Assembly: GCF_000757865.1 (NCBI RefSeq)
Contig: NZ_CP007754.1
Coordinates: forward strand, 1,320,001 to 1,352,000
Length of the DNA stretch: 32,000 bases
Reading direction: 5' to 3'
From: Prochlorococcus sp. MIT 0801
Lineage (GTDB): Bacteria > Cyanobacteriota > Cyanobacteriia > PCC-6307 > Cyanobiaceae
Shown: positions 7,635-14,510 of the stretch, in pieces
Layout of the letters: each line of letters begins with the position of its first letter
How positions within the stretch are numbered: the first letter of the stretch is position 1
Notes under the pieces: generated by a model
The model's input: the letters and a program-made list of their open reading frames with translations, nothing else
Database searches by the model: none
Told to the model about the DNA's origin: nothing
Made by a program: the position numbers and the translations under genes

Positions 7635-9506
7635 TTATCCGAAGCCCGTCATCTCAGTGAAGAGTGCTTTGTTCTCAGCTGACTCTGCAAACCCTAAAAG
7701 AACTTCATGTCTCTGCTCAATGTCGTTACTCAGATTTCCTACCCAGTAGTCGTATCCACTCTGATCTAGTTCTCTATTCAAAACATTTATATATAGTGTT
7801 TTCACATACTGATTATCAGAAATATTCTCTCCATAACGCAATTTAAATTCATCACTCACCAAAAATGAAGAGGAAACAGTCCTAATATCATTCGCTCCTG
7901 AACTAAATTGATCAATCCAATACTTGAGTCCACTACTATCAGGGAAACGTCTAAAAGCGGCATTATATAACCGAAACATTCTCCCAGAATCTGTATTTAA
8001 ACCAGTAACTTGATCAAAAACACCTTTCACATCATCAATTAAATCTAATTTTTTATCAGTAAATTGCAAGGCAAATGACTCAAGATCATTGGAATTAATG
8101 ATATCTTTTTCTGAGAAATATTTTTTTTGTACTAATTGGCCAGTTATTTCATCAAAGTTATTCTTTGGTAATATTTCATAGTTATTATCTCCTTTGTTTA
8201 TAAAGTTATAATTCAGACTTGATCCTCTAAACTGCTTATTATTCTTATTAGTATTACTCGATATTATTGTCTCATCTATTGAGATAGTATCGGTATCAGA
8301 TTGATATCCAGATACTCCTTCATGGTTATCTTTGTATATTTCCTCAAGTCTATAACTTTCCGGCTTAGTTATCACTTTAGTTATATAATTAGTATAAAGA
8401 TCATATCCTAGTGGATTAGCTTCTTTTATACTATCTGAAGTTAGATAGTTATCACTCCACTCACCATCCAAGCTTCCATCTTGGGTATATTTTGTTATGT
8501 AACCCCACATAGAATAAGTAAGGCAAAAAAGATACTCTCTCATAACCATTGACTTATATAAATCACTATATATCTCATGATTATCACCTTTGAATTTGAT
8601 ATAATCCTTATCGTTATAAACCCCATTATCAATTGCCTCTTTTGCCGCATCCCAAAGCATTCCTTTACCTTCAATCAAGTTAAATTGTGAAGGAAAAGCT
8701 CCGGGCAAAGCAAAGTCTGTAAAAGTATGAAGTAAATGCTCTAATTGTTGTGTTATTTGATTTCTTTGAATTGGTGAGTCATTAAGCTTCCATATGAAAT
8801 CAACTGAATTATATAAGTTATTAATTTCATCATAACCCTTAGGCGCATCGTTTAAACTGGGATTTTGATATGCACCAAAGGTATTAATACCAACCCTCTG
8901 AATAGTACTTTTTGATTTCATATATTTGATAGCATTCTCTTGTGCTTGTTTATCTATTAACTCACCACTAGGATTCATCATTAACTTAACAGTTTCTGCA
9001 GTTTTCTTTATAAATTCATCATCCACTGCAGGCATTCTGCTAAACGAGCCTAAACAAAATATTCTTAAGCCATATACATCTATGTATTTTGACCATACAC
9101 CAAATGTTTCATTCGTTGAGACAACATCTCCACTTACATAAGAGCTATTAATTTTCTGCAAAGAATTTCCCATAAAGGCATGATTTTTGCATTGATAAAA
9201 CAACTTAATTGAAGTACTAGCAGGAAGAGTTATCTCTGTATAAGCTCCTTCAGAACCTGCAATACCATTATTAATTACATTGCTTTTGAAGGGAGTTAAT
9301 TTTTCTGAATCCTTATAAAATAATATTTGATGACCAAGATTACTAATGTCTGATTGATCAAATCTATAAGTAACATCTGAAAGTAAGTTTAGGCGTGGAG
9401 ACTCTATTCCATTAATAAAATAGCCTTTTGCAGAACCTTTATCGCTATAGATATGATTGCTTGTCTTGACGTTTACAGTTACTACTTTATTGACTACTTT
9501 TGGCAT
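7635..9506 (-). CDS. Large hypothetical protein: cupredoxin-like N-terminal module, unknown central region, two C-terminal DUF4214-type repeats
   Basis: 623-aa ORF with an ATG start. The C-terminus has two DUF4214-like units (RLYNAAFRRFPDSSGLKYWIDQF...SDEF and YVKTLYINVLNRELDQSGYDYWVGNL...SAENKALF). The N-terminus has H59...C106-x2-H109-x2-M112 in plastocyanin/amicyanin-like sequence contexts. No obvious signal peptide. Confidence 0.75.
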   Translation of the reverse strand: MPKVVNKVVTVNVKTSNHIYSDKGSAKGYFINGIESPRLNLLSDVTYRFDQSDISNLGHQILFYKDSEKLTPFKSNVINNGIAGSEGAYTEITLPASTSIKLFYQCKNHAFMGNSLQKINSSYVSGDVVSTNETFGVWSKYIDVYGLRIFCLGSFSRMPAVDDEFIKKTAETVKLMMNPSGELIDKQAQENAIKYMKSKSTIQRVGINTFGAYQNPSLNDAPKGYDEINNLYNSVDFIWKLNDSPIQRNQITQQLEHLLHTFTDFALPGAFPSQFNLIEGKGMLWDAAKEAIDNGVYNDKDYIKFKGDNHEIYSDLYKSMVMREYLFCLTYSMWGYITKYTQDGSLDGEWSDNYLTSDSIKEANPLGYDLYTNYITKVITKPESYRLEEIYKDNHEGVSGYQSDTDTISIDETIISSNTNKNNKQFRGSSLNYNFINKGDNNYEILPKNNFDEITGQLVQKKYFSEKDIINSNDLESFALQFTDKKLDLIDDVKGVFDQVTGLNTDSGRMFRLYNAAFRRFPDSSGLKYWIDQFSSGANDIRTVSSSFLVSDEFKLRYGENISDNQYVKTLYINVLNRELDQSGYDYWVGNLSNDIEQRHEVLLGFAESAENKALFTEMTGFG

Positions 9507-9681
9507 TTAGAAATAAAAATTCATTATAGATTAGTTATCGAAATTTTGTGTTTGGTTATCATTTAGCGTTATTTCCTAATCAAAAAATTGTTTTAAGCAA
9601 AACATTAGGCAAAGCTGATCTTATCGAAGCTGGACTCTTAAAACCAGTCAGTCTCAAAACCCAAGGTTTCCTTCTCAAATA

Positions 9682-9835
9682 GTTAGACTAGACATTAGTC
9701 TAACTCGTGAAAACTGTTGGTATCACTAACTTTCTAGACGTTGAGCAAAAACTCCATCACGTCCAGTCATGCCAATCGATTACAAGCAAAAATCGCGGTT
9801 AGACTTAAGTTAGAAGAGAAGAATGAAGTTAGAAC
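9682..9835. repeat. ychF-3'-end repeat, copy 4 (full unit)
   Basis: 9734-9755 ctagacgttgagcaaaaactcc matches the ychF 22-mer at 20/22, and similarity continues to about 31 nt (ccatcacgtc versus ccataacgtc). The flank cgtgaaaactgttggtatcactaactttctag matches 12125-12156 at 26/32. The right arm has GTTAGA at 9798, 9809 and 9828. Confidence 0.85.
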
Positions 9836-9877
9836 AAATTCAGCTCTAATATCATGGACAATCATAAAAGCACATAA

Positions 9878-10588
9878 CTAATCAAAAACCTTATAAAACT
9901 CTTCCCAGTTTTGAGACCAAAAAGAATAAGAAGTAAATCCGCCTCTTAAAATGACAGCTCTATGATCAAGTAGCACTAACAAAAGTGAGGAAAAGAATAA
10001 ACATTTATGTCCAAGCTCAATGACAAATTTATATAGCGGTAGTTTTTGCTTGCGCAAACTTTTTAACAGCATCGACTCATACAAAACATGCTTTTTTTCC
10101 TCTTCAATTATTTTCAAGCAAATATTCTTTAACAACTTACTCTGCGTGGCTTTAGACAGAGCGTCGTAATAGGTTAAGGCAATGATTTCAGCAGTTATGA
10201 GAACTGTAATTGACAATTCATAACCAGCCAGGCTTCTAATTGATCTAAATAAGTTGTCTGTCCAATGTTTTTCTAGGATTGCAATATTATTGGAGTCCAT
10301 AAAGCGTTTTAAAATATAAGAATGAGCCTGCTCTTCTCTAATAAAAAGATTAGTTATTTTTTTAATTGTTTTATCTTTATACCTTTGAGCGTAATTCTCA
10401 CAAAAATCTATTAATTTTTTTCCTTCTGAATACTCTCCTAGCTGAAACTTAGCAATAGAGATTGAGATACACTCTTTTTCTTCTTTTGATAAAAAGTGAT
10501 TATCACTCCATGTTATCTTCTGAAAATTACCTTCATTATGTAAAAAGTATTTTTTCCATTCATCAAGATCAGGAAGCTTTGCAATCAA
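9878..10588 (-). CDS. Ferritin-like di-iron carboxylate family protein (function unknown)
   Basis: 236-aa ORF with the four-helix ligand pattern E...ExxH...E...ExxH (QLGEYSEG, REEQAH, ITAEIIA, EEEKKH). The track start is TTG and there is no in-frame ATG near the N-terminus, so the start is uncertain. Confidence 0.65.
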   Translation of the reverse strand: MIAKLPDLDEWKKYFLHNEGNFQKITWSDNHFLSKEEKECISISIAKFQLGEYSEGKKLIDFCENYAQRYKDKTIKKITNLFIREEQAHSYILKRFMDSNNIAILEKHWTDNLFRSIRSLAGYELSITVLITAEIIALTYYDALSKATQSKLLKNICLKIIEEEKKHVLYESMLLKSLRKQKLPLYKFVIELGHKCLFFSSLLLVLLDHRAVILRGGFTSYSFWSQNWEEFYKVFD

Positions 10589-10697
10589 AATCTACTAACA
10601 AGTAATTTTTTATAACTTGAAAAAACTATTTTGTAATCTTGAGAGGTCAAAGTCCTGACAAAACTAAACCATTTGGAAGCAGCATATTAATACAAAC

Positions 10698-10852
10698 GTT
10701 AGATTAGAAGCTTATTGAGAATACTGAGAATCCTTGGTATGAATGAATTTCTAGACGTTGAATAAAAACTCCTTAGCATCCAGTGATGCCAATTGATTAC
10801 AAGTAAAAATCACGGTTAGACGTAAGTTAGAAGAGTAGAACGAAGTTAGAAC
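10698..10852. repeat. ychF-3'-end repeat, copy 5 (full unit, best preserved)
   Basis: 10751-10772 is identical (22/22) to 12153-12174, the ychF stop codon plus its last codons. 10724-10753 matches 12126-12155 at 26/30. The right arm has GTTAGA at 10815, 10826 and 10845. Confidence 0.9.
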
Positions 10853-10940
10853 GCAGCTACTAGGTCTCAATTCGGCGGAGATGGATGTTTTGATCTAGTT
10901 TTCTAAATAAACTATAAAAAACATAAGTTTATTGAGCCTT

Positions 10941-11963
10941 ATGCAAAGCTCAGGTCGATTACCACTAATCAATAAACTACTTAAGGGAAAAGAGGAAGGG
11001 TTTTCTCTGATTGAATTAGTGGTGGTCATTGCTGTTCTTTCTGCTTTATCCGCAATTGCGATTCCACAATTTACCTGTATTCAACGAAAAGCCAAAGCAT
11101 CTACAGCATTAGCTGCCATGAGACAAATACAAACTGAATGTGCTGTTAATACAACAAGTACAGGAAGCTCAGGTACCTTTTTGACAGGTAATCTCAACTC
11201 ATATCAAATCCAATCCGATGGATCTAACAGCTGTAGTGGTGTACAAAGTACAGGCGTTATTAGTGCTATACCTAATAATACGAGTCAATTGCCTACTTTC
11301 TTATTGGCGACTAATAATAATGTGTTGACGTTTAGTTTTAGAGGGCGAACAGGTACAAACTTCACAGATTGCTTGGGGGTGATTTGCGGCGATACCTCTG
11401 CTTTCAATATTGATATGAATACATTTGAAAATAGATTTAACCAAGCTGTTTCTGATGGAATCACATTGGAGAACAATTACTATCAAAGAGGTGATTCTAT
11501 ATATGTAATTGTCGAAGGTGATACCTGGGAAAAAGCTCTTGAAAACGCAAATAAACTTGGAGGAACATTAGCAACCATTAATGATGAAGAAGAAAATGAT
11601 TGGTTAGTAGATGAACTTTGGGGAAATGATAAGGCAAGTTCAAATCTGACCGATAAAGGAGGAGCAGTATGGCTGGGACAAAAATTGAACGATACTGGTA
11701 ATTATGTAAGCGTTGCAGGAGAGGAACAATTGTATAACTTCTGGGGACCTGGAGAATATACAGATGGTTTATCAAAAGGAGAAGAATATACAATCTTCAA
11801 TTTATATGAAGGGAATGATAGTCCAGGTAGAGATCCTGGAATGGTTAGCACGGTTGCCAATAGACAATTCAATACTCCAGAATTAATCGAAAGAGGTGGA
11901 ACTCACATTTTTTATGGACTTGCCGAAATCAAATTAAATGAAATCAATGATGTTCTTGATTAG
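10941..11963 (+). CDS. Type IV pilin-like protein with a C-terminal C-type-lectin-like domain (modular pilin)
   Basis: Prepilin leader ending in Gly, followed by FSLIELVVVIAVLSALSAIAIPQF (class III signal / N-methylation motif G|FxLxE). Cys-containing pilin globular part. The C-terminal ~160 aa match the CTLD pattern (TWEKALENANKLGGTLATINDEEENDWL...VWLGQ...YNFWGPGEY). I prefer the ATG at 10941 to the track's TTG at 10932. Confidence 0.8.
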   Translation: MQSSGRLPLINKLLKGKEEGFSLIELVVVIAVLSALSAIAIPQFTCIQRKAKASTALAAMRQIQTECAVNTTSTGSSGTFLTGNLNSYQIQSDGSNSCSGVQSTGVISAIPNNTSQLPTFLLATNNNVLTFSFRGRTGTNFTDCLGVICGDTSAFNIDMNTFENRFNQAVSDGITLENNYYQRGDSIYVIVEGDTWEKALENANKLGGTLATINDEEENDWLVDELWGNDKASSNLTDKGGAVWLGQKLNDTGNYVSVAGEEQLYNFWGPGEYTDGLSKGEEYTIFNLYEGNDSPGRDPGMVSTVANRQFNTPELIERGGTHIFYGLAEIKLNEINDVLD

Positions 11964-12016
11964 TTAATAATCCTTTAAAACAAAAAATAACAATCAATTA
12001 GGCTATTCGGCCAAAC

Positions 12017-12074
12017 CATGAGAAATCTCAAAGAGGACATTAATAAATTCTCCTCAACTTTTTAATTTCTCATG
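12017..12074. other. Long nested inverted repeat (hairpin) between the pilin gene and the ychF-proximal repeat
   Basis: Perfect 10-bp arms catgagaaat (12017-12026) / atttctcatg (12065-12074) enclose a second pair gagga (12033-12037) / tcctc (12051-12055). No T-tract follows on either strand. Confidence 0.5.
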
Positions 12075-12100
12075 CTAATAGAAAAGTATAGACTGCAAAA

Positions 12101-12183
12101 GCTAGAATAGCACCTCTTCTAACCCCTGAGAACCCTTGGTATGACTAACTTTCTAGACGTTGAATAAAAACTCCATAACGTCT
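12101..12183. repeat. ychF-3'-end repeat, copy 6: the genuine ychF terminus plus downstream flank (attR-like junction)
   Basis: Carries the left arm and core shared with copies 4 and 5 (ctgagaacccttggtatgactaactttctagacgttgaataaaaactccataacgtc). It then continues into real ychF coding sequence instead of the shared right arm. Confidence 0.85.
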
Positions 12184-13244
12184 CCTTCATTAACTACATA
12201 TTCTTTACCCTCACTTCTTAGCCACCCTTTATTTCGAGCTTCTACTAAAGATCCTGCTTCAAGTAGTTTTTTGTATGAGATTGTTTGAGCTCGAATAAAT
12301 CCCTTTTCAAAATCTGTATGTATTACCCCAGCTGCTTGAGGAGCTGTCATCCCATCAGAAATAGTCCAAGCTTTAGTTTCTTTTTCTCCAGTGGTGAAAT
12401 AAGTGCTTAAACCCAACAATCGATATGTAGCCTTAATAAGGCTGATTAAGCCTCCTTCTTCAACTCCCAAACCATTAAGGTAATCATCTCTTTCCTCCTC
12501 CCCCAATTCAATTAACTCAGCCTCAACTTGCGCTGAAATCTTCACACATTCAGAGCCTTCTTTCGTTGCCAGTGTATTTACTTCTTCTGAATAGGAATTA
12601 CCATTCGCAAGTTCATCTTCCCCAAGGTTAGTTGCATAAATAATTGGTTTTTCAGTTAATAAGCCTAATGGTTTAATTAATTTTTTTTCTTCATCAGTTA
12701 ATGAAACAGTCCTAACTGCGTTTTCATTCTCAAGTGCCTCGGTTAATTGTTCCAACACATCATCTTCTAACTTTGCTTCCTTATTAGTACTTATTTGTTT
12801 TTTTAAGCGAGCTCTACGTTTTTCTATCTGATTTAAATCAGATAACGCTAATTCTAAGTTTATTATCTCAATATCTCTTGATGGGTCTACTGATCCAGAA
12901 ACATGGATAACATCATCATCACTAAAGCACCTAATCACATGAACTATTGCATCCACCTCCCTTATATTTGCTAAAAATTTGTTACCCAGTCCCTCCCCTT
13001 TACTTGCTCCCTTAACAAGACCAGCAATATCAACAAACTCCATTCTCGTTGGAATAATTTGCTTACTATTACTAAGTTCTCCAAGCAAATTCAAGCGTTG
13101 ATCAGGTACAGAAACAGAGCCTACATTGGGTTCAATCGTACAAAAAGGAAAGTTGGCTGCTTGAGCTTGAGCATTCGCAACAAGAGCATTGAACAAAGTG
13201 GACTTTCCAACATTAGGGAGTCCAACAATTCCGGCCTTAAGCAT
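12153..13244 (-). CDS. ychF: Ribosome-binding ATPase YchF (Obg-family P-loop NTPase)
   Basis: 363 aa. N-terminal [22 protein letters not shown]1 motif, [11 protein letters not shown]3 motif, coiled-coil insert and C-terminal TGS-like domain. ATG start. Confidence 0.95.
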   Translation of the reverse strand: MLKAGIVGLPNVGKSTLFNALVANAQAQAANFPFCTIEPNVGSVSVPDQRLNLLGELSNSKQIIPTRMEFVDIAGLVKGASKGEGLGNKFLANIREVDAIVHVIRCFSDDDVIHVSGSVDPSRDIEIINLELALSDLNQIEKRRARLKKQISTNKEAKLEDDVLEQLTEALENENAVRTVSLTDEEKKLIKPLGLLTEKPIIYATNLGEDELANGNSYSEEVNTLATKEGSECVKISAQVEAELIELGEEERDDYLNGLGVEEGGLISLIKATYRLLGLSTYFTTGEKETKAWTISDGMTAPQAAGVIHTDFEKGFIRAQTISYKKLLEAGSLVEARNKGWLRSEGKEYVVNEGDVMEFLFNV

Positions 13245-13410
13245 TGAAATGGTTCTTTAAAGGAACCCAGCTGATTAATCTGACTAAATTAAACCCAATC
13301 ATGCCCATTAACAGCGAAAATATTGTTATAAATCTCTTAAGGAAAGTTTCTAAGCTTTTTCTTAACATCGTTAAAACTTCTAAAACTCTTGAGTACTTGA
13401 TTTTTACAAA

Positions 13411-14484
13411 ATGATTTGGAAAAATTTGAAAAAGAAAAAAGTTATAGGCCTTATTGCTTTTTCGGTCTTAAGTGTTGGTGGAATTAGTTTTAAAATTTCA
13501 CAAGACAATGCATCGAACAAAGACATAAATCAATTCACTATTGCTGCTGAAAGCGGCAGTTTGCCTGGTTTAATAACAGCAAGTGGTGAATTAAAAGCAA
13601 ATAAAAGCGTAAATGTAAGCCCAAAAAGACAAGGAATCCTTGACGAAATTTTCGTAGAGGAAGGAGATCAGGTTAAGAAAGGTGATCTAATTGCGAAAAT
13701 GGATTTCGGAGATTTGGAATTTAGAATTGACGAGTTAAAAGCTAATTATGAGACTCAAAAAGCAAGCTTTAAAAGAAGGGAGATGCTTTTTAAAGAAGGG
13801 GCCATAAGTGCTGAAGAGTATGAAGAATATAAAAATAGATTTTTAAAAAGCAAAGCCAAATTCAAACAAATAGAAATCGAAGAAAATGACACAAGCATTA
13901 GAGCCCCATTCAGAGGAGTCATAACAAGCAGATACGCAGTCCCAGGCGCATTCGTAACTCCTACGACCTCTGCTTCTTCCACAAGGGAAGGTGGGGCCAC
14001 AAGTTCATCAATAGTCAGACTTTCTCAAGGTCTTGAAATAGTTGCGAAAGTTCCTGAGAGTGATATTGGAAGAATAAAAACAGGTCAAGAAGCACGTATC
14101 AGAGTAGATGCTTTTCCTGATAAGCGTTTTAAAGCAGTTGTTTCCAAAATCTCTCCAAGTGCAATCAAGAACAACAACGTAACTTCATTTGAAGTTACGT
14201 TGTTGTTGGACAATAGGCCCGAAGATTTACGCCTTGGCATGACATCTGATATCAACTTTCAAACTGGAGCGACCAAAATCAGCACGCTTATCCCAACAGT
14301 GGCAATTGTTACTGAAGAAGGTAGAACAGGGGTTCTAATAGTAGGCAATAACAATCAACCAGAATTTAAAAAAGTTGAATTAGGTACAAGCAGTGGCAGT
14401 AAGACTGCCATAATATCTGGATTAGAACCTGGAGAGAGAGTTTTTATTGATCTTCCTTCTTGGGCTAAAAAAAGAAAGAGTTAA
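13411..14484 (+). CDS. Efflux transporter periplasmic adaptor (HlyD/membrane-fusion protein family, DevB-like)
   Basis: 357 aa with an N-terminal membrane anchor (VIGLIAFSVLSVGGISF), lipoyl-like VKKGDLIAKMD, a coiled-coil segment and a beta-barrel region (IRAPFRGVITSR...). No cognate ABC or permease partner is adjacent. Confidence 0.8.
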   Translation: MIWKNLKKKKVIGLIAFSVLSVGGISFKISQDNASNKDINQFTIAAESGSLPGLITASGELKANKSVNVSPKRQGILDEIFVEEGDQVKKGDLIAKMDFGDLEFRIDELKANYETQKASFKRREMLFKEGAISAEEYEEYKNRFLKSKAKFKQIEIEENDTSIRAPFRGVITSRYAVPGAFVTPTTSASSTREGGATSSSIVRLSQGLEIVAKVPESDIGRIKTGQEARIRVDAFPDKRFKAVVSKISPSAIKNNNVTSFEVTLLLDNRPEDLRLGMTSDINFQTGATKISTLIPTVAIVTEEGRTGVLIVGNNNQPEFKKVELGTSSGSKTAIISGLEPGERVFIDLPSWAKKRKS

Positions 14485-14510
14485 TAGATTAATCACACTT
14501 CGACTGATTT

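Larger units (their letters stand above)
42..12183. mobile_element. Tandem cassette array / genomic island anchored at the 3' end of ychF (five cassettes bounded by six direct att-like repeats; no recombinase present; left limit may lie outside the window)
   Basis: Six same-orientation copies of the ychF-terminus unit at 42-135, 3856-3990, 7447-7556, 9682-9835, 10698-10852 and 12101-12183. A DnaB-like pseudogene sits next to copy 2. The cargo is accessory and cell-surface in type. Confidence 0.6.

Noticed and set aside
7375-7846. ORFs 7375..7569 (-), 7561..7749 (+) and 7664..7846 (+).
   Set aside because: The first two run across repeat copy 3, which is noncoding att-like sequence. The last two overlap the 3' end of the 623-aa gene on the opposite strand. 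None has a recognisable motif.
42-12183. Whether the six repeats could be a CRISPR array.
   Set aside because: The repeat units are 90-155 nt and diverged. The spacers are 0.7-3.7 kb and contain full genes, and there are no cas genes. This is not CRISPR architecture.
13393-13407. An NtcA-like GTA...TAC motif upstream of the membrane-fusion protein gene.
   Set aside because: The spacing is GTA-N9-TAC rather than the canonical N8, and the motif ends only 3 nt before the ATG, too close for an activator site.
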